Virus record (IMG/VR): IMGVR_UViG_3300031994_000017
Location: 1 to 58,022 of that record
Length of the DNA: 58,022 nt
Origin: a virus
Lineage: Duplodnaviria > Heunggongvirae > Uroviricota > Caudoviricetes
Direction: 5' to 3' (one strand)
The translations under genes were made by a program, and so were the position numbers. Positions 23,969 to 35,911 of the stretch are shown in pieces; the first letter of the stretch is position 1, and each line of letters starts with the position of its first letter. The notes under the pieces are model-generated. The model did no database searches, was not told the origin of the DNA, and saw only the letters and a list, made by a program, of their open reading frames with translations.

Positions 23969-26926
23969 ATGGCGAGTAAATTATATCCGCCTATTTTGGA
24001 AGCATCTATACCAGCTTTTTATGGCAATACTATTGTCATTCCTTTTAAGCACAATCCTTTAGTTAGTTCTAAGGATTATAAAGATTTTGCTGTTTAGATA
24101 AAAAAAATAAATGGTGATGTTGTAGAAGGAAGCCCATTTATAGTTTCAAAAGAAGGCTTAACAAATAATTAGATTATATTAAATGTTAGTGCTAATTTTG
24201 TTCAATCTAATTGGTATAAAATATAGATAGCTTATAAGAGTAGTATAATTGGTTATTACTCTACAGCCGCAGTGACAAAATATTTGGGAGCCAATCGGCC
24301 AACAGTTAGCTTGAAATTTGTTAATGGCGCATATATAGGCACTTATAAACATGAAGATGCCAGTGAGAAAGCTTATTCATATCAATTTATTTTAACAGAC
24401 GCTTCTGGTAATGTAATTGAAGACACTGGCGAAAAAATTCACAATGTTAATGATGATATTGAAGAAACCAGTTCTTCTGATATTTTTTATTTTAAATATA
24501 ATTTAAAAGAAGAAGTTAATAAATATTATTCTCTAGAATATATACTTACCACTATTAATGGTATAGTATTAAGAGCAAAAACTCTAATAACAAAAGGCAT
24601 ATTAGATGGATTCAATCAAGATTAGCTTTTTAATGTAACCGCAAAACTTAATAGAGATTAGGGTTCTGTAGAAATATGGGCGCAAGGATTAATTACTCCT
24701 ATTACCGGTTCTTTTATTCTTCGTAAAGTTTGTAGCAAAGATGATTATTTAAGAATACAATCTGTTACTTGTTTTGATTTAACAAGATAGGCTATGGCAG
24801 AAGAAAAAGATGGTTAGCTAATACCTTTTTCTATTAAATTATGTGAAGATTTAACCTGTGAAGCTGGTTATTATTATAAATATTATATTCAACAATATAA
24901 TAAATATTCGGTGTTTAGTAAACCAGTAGGGGAAAGCCCAGCTATTTATGTGTCTTTTGATGATTGTTTTTTATATGATGGAGAAAAACAATTAAGAATT
25001 TTATATAACCCGAAAATTTCCAGTTTTAAAGAAAATATTCTTTAGAGTAAATCTGAAACAATAGGTAGTAAATATCCTTTTATTACTCGTAATAGTATTG
25101 TAGGATATAAAGAATTTCCTATTTCAGGCTTAATATCTTTTTAGATGGATGATAATTAGAAATTTATGACTTTAAAAGATTAGATACGTTTGGGCATTGT
25201 AAAAGATAGTATTCAGAGAGAAACAACCCTTTCAGCCGGCGAATAGCGACAAGATATTCCATACCCGCAAAAACGTTATTTTCATAAAAACTTAGAACGA
25301 GAAAATGATATTAATTTAGTAGATTTGAATGTTAATGCGGAAAAAGAATTTAAATTATAGGTATTGGATTTCTTAAATAGTAAAACTCCAAAGCTATTTC
25401 GGTCCGCGACAGAGGGCAACTATTATGTTTATACTATGAATAGTTCTTTAACTCCTAATGATGTTTTAGGAAGAATGCTGCATACTTTTAATTGTACGGC
25501 ATATGAAATAGGGCCAGTGCAAGATTTTTATGATAATTTAATAGGACAAGATTTTGAAGGTTTGTATAATACTAATGGTAATCTGATTCCTAGAACTGAT
25601 TTAAATAAATTTTATACTAAAACATTATCTATCTTAAATACTGATAATTAGATTAATTATAATTTGTTAATGGATAATGAGCTTGCGAGAAATTTTTATA
25701 TTAGAGATGCTGATCCGCTTTCTAATTATACAATTTCTTTTATTGATAGAAATGATACTAATAGAATTATAGAAGATTAGGTTATTACTATTGGCGCTAC
25801 TGGTTCTTATAATTATTTTTGTGTAGAACCAAATGTTTATATTAAGGGTGTATGGATAGGACGTTTAAATGAAGATGGAGAACGTATTAATGTTTCTAAA
25901 TATACTGGTATTACTTTCCGCAATATGGTAAGAGTTCCTTTATCTGATTTTGATTTTATTTCTGGCACCAGTAATGAAGATTGTTTAGCTATTCAGCTTT
26001 TTAAACCAGATAGAGATAAAATATTATAGTATTATTATCAAGTTTTAAATGAACTAAAAGAAGCTATTAATATTGCGGATTAGAAAAATTATTCAAATAT
26101 TCTATTAAATTTATTAGATGTAAAAGAAAATTTTCAGCGCATTTGGAATTAGGATGAGTATGGCGTAAATATAGTTTCATAGATAACACACGAAAGAGAT
26201 ACAGAACTTTCTAATAGTTTAAGGACTTTATCTAGTAATGTATATTCTATAAAAGATATTGATGTAGAATATTATAAAGAAGTTATTAATTTAATTAAAT
26301 TAATTAAAATGGATGGAGATTTTATTTTAGAATTAACTCCAGCTTCAGATGAACAACAAACCGCTTTAATTTCAAATATTTATGATTATACAAATAGTAA
26401 AGAAACAATTATTTCACTAGATAAAATATTATTATTGCGGGCAAGAAATTTTAATGAACGTTATGCCGAATAGGCAGTATTTAATTTAGATAATTATTAT
26501 TCAATAATTCAAGAATTAGAATATCTAGAAAAACATAATTTAGAAGATGACATTTATTTTTCTAAAGAGTTAGATAATTTCTTAGAAACTAATTCTTTTA
26601 CAGGATATATTGTTAATAAGATGCCTTTATCCGCAGAACAAAGAAATGAATATGATAATAATAATTTAAAAACTCATAAAGAATTTAGCTTTAATGTTTA
26701 TTATGCTGGTAAGAAAAATAATAGTTTCGCCGAGCCGCTTGAAAAAGCTAAAGAGCTTTAGGTTTAGAATAAGCAAGTTATTTTAGTTCCTCCTAGTGCT
26801 ACAAAAATCTTAGCGATAGAAGTAGAAAACCCTGGTAATTTTTACTATTATGCTACTACTGGAGACAATATTTATTATGATATTTCTTATTAGATAGGGA
26901 AAACTACTTACTAGTTTGAGTTGTAA
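23969..26926 (+). CDS. Large baseplate/distal-tail-like protein (~985 aa)
   Basis: ATG 23969 in frame with pieces 24272 and 25364 (PKLFRSATEGNYYV, GRMLHTFNCTAYEI); ends TAA. Confidence 0.65.
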
Positions 26927-26940
26927 GGAGGAAATGTTGT

Positions 26941-28554
26941 ATGTAGTATCCAGATACTTTTTTACAAGAATTATAGTCTCAACATATTCAAACTAAATGG
27001 GCTAGAATAACTTTATTAAATTGGGATGAAGAACCTGTTCAAGAAATTTAGGGTATGGTGACTGGCGGCAATGCGAATGTAGACGGCAATTCCGCCATTA
27101 GAACCACTTGTTCTCTTTCTATAGTTTCTAAGACAGATGATTTAACTAAATATTCAATCGCTTTACGTTCAAAAATAAAAGTAGAGATTGGGCTTGAAAA
27201 TAAAATTAATAAAAAATACCCAGATATTATTTGGTTTAAGCAAGGTATTTTTATTGTAACAGGTTTTAATACTTCTAAAAATACTACATAGTCTAATTTA
27301 AGTGTATCAGGTAAAGATAAAGGATGTTTATTAAATGGCGAAATTAGTGGTTCTTTGCCTGCTTCTACTGATTTTGGCAAAGTAGATGAATATTCTAATA
27401 CTTATGAACCCATAGTTAATTTTGATTATACTCCTGGTAAATATTATTATAAATTTAATAATCTTTATTTAATAGATTACTCATTATATAGAAGAAATGT
27501 AGAATATTATGAAAAAATTTCTTCTGTAACTACTACTCAGTTGCCAATAAAAGATATAATAAAAAATATAGTTCATGTCTATGGCCATGAACCTTGGCAT
27601 AAAATTATTGTTAATGATTTAGATTTAGTTGGTAGTGAATTACTTGAATATAGGGGAGATAAACCTTTATATTTGATTAAAAAAGGTGATGTTAATAATA
27701 ATGTTTTTATAGGTATTACTTTTGATGGAGAATATGAAATAGGCGGATAGAAGATAGGATATTTAGCAGAAGATTAGTATTTAAGTTTATCGGCTATAGA
27801 TGATGAAGTTAATTCAAAAATATAGCCTTTGGATGAATAGTATTATATTGTTAAATTAGTTTATGGAGATACAATGGGATATAAAGGTGTTGAACTTACT
27901 TTCCCTGGAGATTTAATTGCGAACGTAGGAGAAACTGTAGTTAGTGTTTTAGATAAAATTAAAAATATTCTTGGAAATTTTGAATATTTTTATGATTTAG
28001 ATGGTAATTTTGTATTTTAGGCAAAACATTCTTATGAAAATGTTAATTTTTCTAAGATACGATACGATGGTGATAATGAAGTCTATATAGATGGTTCATA
28101 TTATAATAATGGAATTATTTATTCTTTTACAGATGAAGAAACTAATACACAATTTTCTCATACTCCTAATATCACAAATTTAAAAAATGATTATTCTATC
28201 TGGGGAGAAAAAACAACCGCAACTGGAGGAAAATTACCCATTCATTTACGTTATGCGATTGAAGCAAAACCATATTAGTATACTACTATTGGAGATGGAG
28301 AGCGAGCAGGTTTTACCTATATAACTGGTAATGATGGGTCTACAGAAGAATTAAATAGTGCTTTTAAATTATTATAGGACATGGAAGAAGAATATAATAC
28401 CTAGTTAAAAAATATAGAGGAAAAAACTCAAGAGTACGAGGATTTTATTGAAAGTTCAAAATTATCTTTACAATAGTTAACAACATCTTTAGTTACGAGT
28501 GATTTCAAAATAGAAATTCCCGATGATTTTAAGCAATATATTATTAAGAGATAA
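26941..28554 (+). CDS. Baseplate hub/Tal-like protein, N-terminal part (~537 aa); codon 2 is TAG
   Basis: SD AAGGAGGA 8 nt before ATG. In frame with pieces 27055 and 27355; FPGDLIANVGETVVSVLDKIKNILGNFEYFYDLDGNF; TAA at 28552-28554. Confidence 0.7.
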
Positions 28555-28571
28555 AGGGGTGACTAAGAGTT

Positions 28572-30950
28572 ATGACTGCGCTAGAAAAAGCCGCGAGAGA
28601 GCCTATAAAAAAATTAATACCATATTTAGGATATGGTGAAAAAAATAATAAATCTGATTTATATAATATGAATACTTATGGCACCGGTAAGTATACTTTA
28701 TTCGCGGAATATTTTGATAATTTGCGCCGATAGGGATATAATTTTTATAACGGTTATAAAAATGGTTATGACTGGTGCGATATGACTGTTGACTGGGCTA
28801 TATGTCAAGCTTTTGGTCATGATGTAGGAAGAAGAGTATTATATTAGCCTATGAATAGCGCTGGAGCAGGGTGTTCTTGTTCCGCAAGTTACTATCGCAA
28901 TAATAAAGCTTGGATTTCAAGAAGCGGACGACCTCTTCCTGGTGATTAGATATTTTTTGGTAGTTATGGTAATGAGTCACACACCGGTATTGTTGAAAGT
29001 GTTACTGCCACCGAAGTACATACAATAGAAGGTAATACTAGCAAGAAAGTATTACGTAGAAGCTATTCTAGAAATAATTCTAGAATTTCTGGTTATGGCC
29101 GTCCTAATTACTCTTTAGTAGCCGGTAATTATAGTAATGGCCCAGAAGAAGAACAATAGTCTAAGGAAGATACTCAGGCGGTTCAAGAAGAAAATCAAAA
29201 AACCTAGGAAGCGATGGAAAATCTTCAAAAAGCATTAACAGATTTATCAAATTCATTGGCTGAATTTAATTCTACCAATAAAAATGAAGATTCTTTTATA
29301 GAAGGTTCTCTTATAGAAGATTTAAATTATGGCACAACAAATTGGTTTGAGGATTTTTTATAGAATTATAATAATTTATTAGAAGAATATAATCTTTGTT
29401 TAAATAAAATTAATTCTTTGAGTTTCTTTTATCTAAGAGATAATCCTTATCAAATTTTGACTAATCTTCCTAAAGATTATGTTATAGAAAATTTAGTAAC
29501 AAAACCTTCCTAGTCTAAAGATAGTATTTCTTATCTTTGGTAGAAAATGTTTTATGGGACATATACTCCAGCGCAATTGACTTATTTAAATTCATATCCT
29601 ACAGATTTAAAGTATGAAATAGCTTGCTATTATGGTTACAAAGACGCCATTGATTTTTATACTGTGGAAATTAAAAAATGGTTAAATGATTTTAACACAG
29701 CCTTAATTAAAGAAGATATTTTTTCCGCTTGGTTAAGTTGCTTTAATATATTGTAGGCTAATATTTATTTATTATATATTCATACTTTCGGAGAAATAAC
29801 TAGAGAATTGAAATCAGGCCTTTCAGAGGATGAAGTTAATCATTCAGATACTGATTATACTTATATTAGAAAAGGTGTTTCATACAATTTTGGAAAAAAT
29901 AATGAAGATTATTGGATTTTTATTAATAAAGCCAAAGAAATGACTTAGCTTTTTAAAGATAATTTATATTTGCCCGCAGAAAAAGTATAGACAAAACTTA
30001 ATTATTGGATATTAAATATAAATGGGCCGCAAAGAGTAACTGACCAACATTCTATTTTTGAAGAAGCTATAAATAGTTATTCTGAAAAAATATTAGAAAT
30101 TTAGAATAATTATATGAATGATTTAACATCATTAAAAGAGAAAAGCCGCGAACATCCTATTTTAGTAGATTGGAGAGAGTTAATCTACTAGATGGCCAGA
30201 GATTATTTTGACTATTACCAAAATCCAAATTATGATTATTAGAGTATGTTATTGGCCGCCAATAAGGATATATTAAAGAAAAATGGAACCACTGGCTATG
30301 AAGTTTTTTATACGGATCTTTTGGGCTTTTGGAGAGAGTTATATTATAATCCCTTATTGGAAAAAAATGATTATGATATTAAAAATATATTCTTAGAGTC
30401 TTCAGATTTTAATCCTGAAACTAATTGGCGCAAAATAGTTTCAGAAAGGCCATCTTAGTTAAACTATTGGTTTGATTTAACTGAAGGTTATGGCGAATTA
30501 GCTAAATATACTATTTCCGCCATTGGAGATAGATTGAAAGCAACTAAGGATTCTGCTGTTGAAGCTTTATATTATAAAGATACTCCTAATATAATTTATT
30601 ATGAATAGAATGATATTCCAAAAGTTGAAAATGATGGTTATAATAGTTATACCTATTTTTAGCTTGGAGGGCCTATGTTAGATGTTTACACTATGAGCTC
30701 TCAAGGAAAAACAGCTATTGATCTTTTACAAGATTAGTTATATAAATTTGCTTTTTGTGTAGAGAATATTTCTATTACAACCCTACCTATTTATACTTTA
30801 AAGCCTAATTATCGGATTTTAATAAAGAGTGAAATATAGGGTTTGAGTGGAGAATATATTATAGATAAATTTTCAATACCCTTTGTTTATAATGGAACAA
30901 TGACAATTAATGCTATTAAAGCTGTTCCTTATATAGGTATTAATGGATAA
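28572..30950 (+). CDS. CHAP peptidoglycan hydrolase domain fused to tail/hub C-terminal region (~792 aa)
   Basis: ATG after AGGGGTGA. WCDMTVDW (Cys), PGD[Q]IFF, SHTGIV (His), TIEGNT; then coiled coil and VDWRELIY[Q]MA; ends TAA. Confidence 0.8.
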
Positions 30951-30966
30951 AAAGGAGGATTAAAAG

Positions 30967-31350
30967 ATGGAAATAAAGCAATGGGTAAATGATATTCATT
31001 CCGGGCTTTTTGAAGGTCATAAAGCATATAGAATAGGATTTTAGGCACTTCCTGGCACCAAGTTTACAATTACTGGGACAAATAGTGATACTCCTAGTGA
31101 AATTATTATGGGGCCAACTGGAATTTATGAAATTGGTTTTGCGACTCCTCTAATTGAAGATTTTAATGTTACTGAATCAATAGATAGCCCACATAGTATT
31201 ATGATTTTAGATGCTATTTTAGCTAGTGACACTGATGAAAATTTAAATGAATATGATGCCGCTTTTATCGCATATAATTACGATACACAGGAAAATGTTT
31301 AGACTAAAATTTCTAACTCAACTGAAGAAGTAGGAGGTGCTGAAGTATAA
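30967..31350 (+). CDS. Small tail-module protein (~127 aa)
   Basis: ATG after AGGAGG; F[Q]ALPGTKF...GPTGIYEI; ends TAA. Confidence 0.6.
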
Positions 31351-31814
31351 TGGCTATTACAGATTTTGTAGATACCGGTAATTATGCCAATAGTTTTTAC
31401 GGAACCTATGATCATTACTAGCGAATTGGTTGGTATTTTGATAAGATAGTAGATACCTTATAGGATTTGGAAAATTGTAAAGACATTATGACTGGGCGTT
31501 TTGTATTGGTAAAATCTGAAGACGCAATTTTTATGCGGACTTCAGATAATTATACAGAAAATTATCCTTATTAGCGTTATGAAATTTAGGATAATACATT
31601 AATACCAGTAGAAAGCAGCGTTTATGAGGCAGAAGGCTTTAGATTTATTGGTTATGCAACCAGAAAAGCTATGCTATTATTGGATGATGCTTATATTGAC
31701 GTAGATAATATTGCGGCCTATAAAATTGCAAAGACAGATAATGTTAGAAGTTTAAGTGCTTATTATTTCCCGACGGAATATAATAAACAATATTGGAAAG
31801 ACGTGGAGGAATAA
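31350..31814 (+). CDS. Hypothetical protein (~154 aa)
   Basis: Not in the ORF track; TAATG-coupled start; open to TAA if TAG=Gln. Confidence 0.6.
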
Positions 31815-31817
31815 AAA

Positions 31818-32207
31818 ATGACACCAACTTTAGCTCTTATTTTTGAGATATGTATAATTCCTTTATTAGGAGTTTTAACTACTTTTTTAGTTGCTTTAAT
31901 TAGAAATAAAATTGCGGAAATAAATAATAAAACCAATAATGAAACTGCGGAAAAGTATTTAACTATGTTAAGTGAAACAGTTATTTCTTGTGTTATTGCG
32001 ACTAATTAGACTTATGTAGAAAGTTTGAAAAAATAGAATAAATTTGACTTAGAAGCATAGAAAAAAGCTTTTGAATTAACTAAAAACGCGGTTTTAGAAA
32101 TTTTAAGCCATGAAGCAGTAGATTATTTGAACGCAATTATTGGTGATTTAAATACCTATATTGATAAATTGATTGAAGCTACGGTTAATTATAAGAAAAG
32201 CAATTAA
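31818..32207 (+). CDS. Holin, LL-H-like (~129 aa, 3 TAG)
   Basis: N-terminal transmembrane segment then amphipathic helices (ATN[Q]TYVESLKK[Q]NKFDLEA[Q]KKAF); at the end of the tail module. Confidence 0.7.
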
Positions 32208-32254
32208 AATAAGAGGATACTCATTTTTATTAATGAGTATCCTCTTATTTTTTT
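32207..32254 (+). terminator. Intrinsic terminator after holin
   Basis: AAAATAAGAGGATACTCATT / AATGAGTATCCTCTTATTTT 20-bp stem plus T-run. Confidence 0.85.
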
Positions 32255-32286
32255 TACCATTTTTTACATACGCAAATTGTGATTGG

Positions 32287-32336
32287 TTGGACAAATGTGG
32301 TAAAAAATTGGTAAAGTTTTTTCATATATCAATGAG
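32287..32336 (+). promoter_or_regulatory. Candidate late-promoter motif, copy C
   Basis: TTGGACAAA...TTTTTTCATATAT; spacing 37. After the holin terminator, before the accessory cassette. Confidence 0.5.
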
Positions 32337-32373
32337 AAAAATTGGTAAAAAATTACCAGAAAGGATGAATATT

Positions 32374-32775
32374 ATGTATCAATCAAATTATGGCTACTAT
32401 AATCCTCAGTCGTAGATACGCCAAACAGTAGTACCACAATTGACGCAACCTATTATGCAATAGTAGCCCATTCTAAAAGGACACCCTGTTGCATCATTAG
32501 AAGAAGCCCGCGCCACATCTATTGATTTTGATGGTTCTGTATTCTTTTTCCCAGACTTAGCAAATAAGAAAATTTATACGAAACAAATCAATGCGGATGG
32601 TACAGCTTCTTTAAATATGTATAGCAAACAGGATCTCCCTCCAGAAACTCCGGCAGGAGGAAATTTTGTTACGCATGAAGAATTAGAGGCGGTTATTGGA
32701 CAATTGCGGCAGAGTCTTATTCCGCCCGCAAAAGACCCTGTGCCGCCAATAGACAAGACTTCTATCAAATTTTAA
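32374..32775 (+). CDS. Cassette gene 1, Q/P-rich hypothetical (~133 aa)
   Basis: ATG after GAAAGGA; 3 TAG; LKGHPVASLEEARATSIDFDGSVFFFPD; ends TAA. Confidence 0.7.
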
Positions 32776-32787
32776 GGAGGAATAAAA

Positions 32788-33033
32788 ATGGCAGAAGATT
32801 ATAAAAATTATATTTTACAAATGATTAGAAGTGGTAAAAATCCGCAGGAAGTAGTCTTAAACGTGATAGGCGGCCCTATGTCATAGACTCCTATTGGAGC
32901 AAATTTAATTGAATTAGCAAAATAGGGCAAAGGAGCTGAAATAGAACAAATAGCTCGTAATATGGTAGCTTCTCGCGGGAAAGACTTTGATACAGAATTC
33001 AATGCCTTCAAAAAACAATGGGGGTTTGAATAA
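32788..33033 (+). CDS. Cassette gene 2, helical hypothetical (81 aa)
   Basis: ATG after AAGGAGG; 2 TAG; ends TAA. Confidence 0.7.
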
Positions 33034-33058
33034 TATATATATCAAAGGAGGAACTTAT

Positions 33059-33952
33059 ATGTTCAATCAAGGTAATGGCTATTCTTTAGCCGACATTGCT
33101 GCTGCTGTTGGTGGCAGTAATGGAATGTTCGGTGATGGCTCTAATGGAGCCTGGTGGATTTTGCTTCTGTTCTTATTCGGCTTAGGCGGATTTGGATGGG
33201 GCGACGGAGGCTTTGGTGGATTTGGCCGTCCTGGTGGAGCAAGTGCTTAGGGAGCAACCACTCGTGCTGAAATTACTTATGGTCTAGATATGAGTGATTT
33301 ACAGCATGGTATTACTGACTTAGGCAGCTCTATGAAAGATGGTTTCTATGCTATCAACACAGGCCTATTAAATGGTTTTGCTGGTTCAACAGCCGCAGTT
33401 ACTAATGGTATCCAAGCTATTCAAACTGATATTTGTAATTTAGGTTTAACTAATTTACAAAATACTAATAGTGTTATTTCTGCTATCAATGCTGACACCA
33501 TTGCTAATATGCAGAATACTTTTGGTATAACTACTCAACTGAATGCTATGGCTAACCAGCAATAGAACTGCTGCTGCGAAACTCAGCGTCAATTAGAACG
33601 CGATTTTGCTGACTTAAATTATAATTTAGCAACACAAGAATGCGATACTCGTCGTTCTATCACTGATGGAGTTAGAGATATTATTGATACTAATAATGCT
33701 AATACTCGTTCTATTCTTGACTTCTTAGTACAAGATCGTATTACTGCTCTTACCAACGAGAACAGCGCTCTTCGCACTTAGATTTCTTAGAGTGAGCAGA
33801 ATGCTTATTTAGTATCTCAATTGGCTCCTAAAGCTGCTCCTGCTTATGTAGTTGCTAATCCTTATACTGGGACTATTTATCCAATGACTACTTATGGTAG
33901 TGGATATGGTTGCGGATGCGGATGTGGCTGCGGTTGCGGTGGTTTAGCTTAA
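33059..33952 (+). CDS. Cassette gene 3, Gly-rich membrane protein with CCC and (GC)5 tail (~297 aa)
   Basis: Pieces 32987 and 33290 share the frame. WWILLLFLFGLGG segment, NCCCET, PAYVVANPY, C-terminal GYGCGCGCGCGCGGLA. Confidence 0.75.
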
Positions 33953-33985
33953 TTTTTTACAATTAGATTGGAGGTTTTTTAAACT

Positions 33986-34405
33986 ATGGAACTAACAGCT
34001 AATGCTTTACAAACAGTAGGAACTTTTAGAGATATATTGTTTACTGAAACTGCTGTTGCGGGAAATTGCTCCATGATTCATCGGGAAGGTAGTGGATTAG
34101 TTACTTTAAGAGGATTAACTAATCAATGTCGAGCTAGATTTAAAATTCATTTTGGAGCAAATGTAGCTATTCCAACAGGAGGAACTGTAGGCCCAATTAC
34201 AGTAGAATTTTCTATTAATGGTGAGCCGGTTGAACCTTCTACTATGATTTCTACACCTGCTGCCGTAGAAGAATTTAATAATATTAGTCGGACTATTTTC
34301 TTAAACGTACCTTCTGGATGTTGCACTCAAATTAGTGTAAAAAATACTACAGCAGATGATATTGAAGTACAAAATGCAAATTTAATTGTAGAAAGGGTGG
34401 CGTAA
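33986..34405 (+). CDS. Cassette gene 4, beta-rich BclA C-terminal-like protein (139 aa)
   Basis: Intact ORF; alternating hydrophobic beta pattern, VPSGCC. BclA-C resemblance is from recall, not a search. Confidence 0.5.
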   Translation: MELTANALQTVGTFRDILFTETAVAGNCSMIHREGSGLVTLRGLTNQCRARFKIHFGANVAIPTGGTVGPITVEFSINGEPVEPSTMISTPAAVEEFNNISRTIFLNVPSGCCTQISVKNTTADDIEVQNANLIVERVA

Positions 34406-34406
34406 A

Positions 34407-35009
34407 ATGGAACAGCTAAAACAGATGAAAGAAACTTTAGTTAATCAAGTGCAAGGCCAAATGGCGGATTTACGTTATGTAAATACCCATGAATTGGGCG
34501 AAGTTATTGACATGATTAAGGACATTGAAGAAACTATATATTATTGTACCATAGTAAAAGCAATGGAAGATAAAGATGAAAAAGAACCATTAATGTATTA
34601 TGGAACTAGATATTTGCCACCTTACGATCCACAAGAAGAGTATTATAGGGATTTAGATAAGCCATATGGACGGATGTATTACAGTGATGGTCAAAGAACT
34701 AGCTCTTCTTCTTCATCTAGCGGCCAGGAATCTGGTAGAAATTATGGCGGAAGAGATATGAGAGGATATACAGAATATGTTTATCCAATTGATATGCGCG
34801 ATCGCAGAGAAGGCCGCAGCCCCATTAGCAGAAAGACCTATATTGAAAGTAAAGAAATGCATCAAGATAAAACGATACAAATGAAAGAATTAGAAAATTA
34901 TATGGCGGAGTTATCTTAGGACATTTCTGAAATGATTCAAATGGCGTCTCCAGAAGAAAAGGCTGTATTATAGAAAAAATTAGCGGCTCTTTCTTCAAAA
35001 ATTAACTAA
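34407..35009 (+). CDS. Cassette gene 5, Y/R/G/S-rich hypothetical (~200 aa, 2 TAG)
   Basis: Extends past TAG 34917 to TAA 35007-35009. Confidence 0.7.
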
Positions 35010-35320
35010 TGTTTGAAATAAATGGTGAATATTGGGGGATATTTATAGTATCCCCCAATCACCATAGCTTAATGCGTTCAGACGGTTCTTTTACTATTGG
35101 AGTATGTGATAATAATGAAAAAAGAATTTATATTAGCGATGGATTAGAACCTTTATTAATGAAAAAGGTTTTAGCCCACGAAATAACTCATGCAGCTATG
35201 TTTAGTTATGGTGTAAATTTATCCTTGTCTCAAGAAGAATTATTAGCAGATTTAATTGCAACTTATGGTCAAGAAATAATTTGTATTGCTAATAAAATTT
35301 TTCATCGTATCACCGAATAA
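35009..35320 (+). CDS. Cassette gene 6, HExxH zinc metallopeptidase-like (103 aa)
   Basis: VLAHEITHA motif with a downstream EE; TAATG-coupled to the previous gene. Confidence 0.65.
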   Translation: MFEINGEYWGIFIVSPNHHSLMRSDGSFTIGVCDNNEKRIYISDGLEPLLMKKVLAHEITHAAMFSYGVNLSLSQEELLADLIATYGQEIICIANKIFHRITE

Positions 35321-35324
35321 AATA

Positions 35325-35365
35325 AAAAAGGAGTTAGTATCTTTAAAATACTAACTCCTTTTTTT
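35325..35365. terminator. Bidirectional terminator at the strand switch
   Basis: AAAAAGGAGTTAGTA / TACTAACTCCTTTTT, with an A-run on the left and a T-run on the right, between convergent genes. Confidence 0.85.
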
Positions 35366-35870
35366 ATTCGGCGACAGAAAGAGCAAATTTTTTTTCTACT
35401 AAAGAAAAATATTTATCCCCTATATTGTTTCCTCCTAAAGCATTGTAAACATCATGATCCTAAACTAAACGCTCATATTCATCTGAAGTAATTTTATGTT
35501 CTGGAGTTAGCAATTCTTTGCAGGTTGAAATAAAAGTAGTTCTTTGAATAGATAATAACCCTCCAGTTAATTTTCCAATATTACCATCTAGAGTATGTAT
35601 AGTTTCATCTATATGATTAATTTCATCAGTAATTCTAACATCTGCGTCAACCATTTCTTGGTGCTATTGGTCAATAACTTCCATTACATGTTTTTCTTGA
35701 TTGTTTATACGCTGTTGTACTTCATCCAATAACTCTTCTTTTTCTTCATCATGCTGCCGCGCCTATTCTTTCTTATATAGGCCCCAAACTTTTTTTAAAG
35801 CAATACTTAGTCCAGTAATAATTAAACCAAATACAAATTGTAGCCAATACTATGCAATAAATTGCAGCAT
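35364..35870 (-). CDS. Single-TM coiled-coil protein, possible lysis accessory (~168 aa, 4 TAG)
   Basis: ATG 35870 with SD GGAAGGGAG; MLQFIA[Q]YWLQFVFGLIITGL...YNALGGNNIG; ends TAA. Confidence 0.6.
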
Positions 35871-35911
35871 TTGTTCATTGCTCCCTTCCATAGAATAAAA
35901 ACTTTACAGTT

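Noticed and set aside
28552-28574. Frameshift or intron joining the hub and CHAP ORFs
   Set aside because: No slippery site or intron features; the second ORF has its own SD (AGGGGTGA) and ATG.
1-35320. Mass pseudogenisation or sequencing error as the cause of fragmented ORFs
   Set aside because: Breaks are TAG only, frames and motifs are preserved, and no frameshifts were seen.
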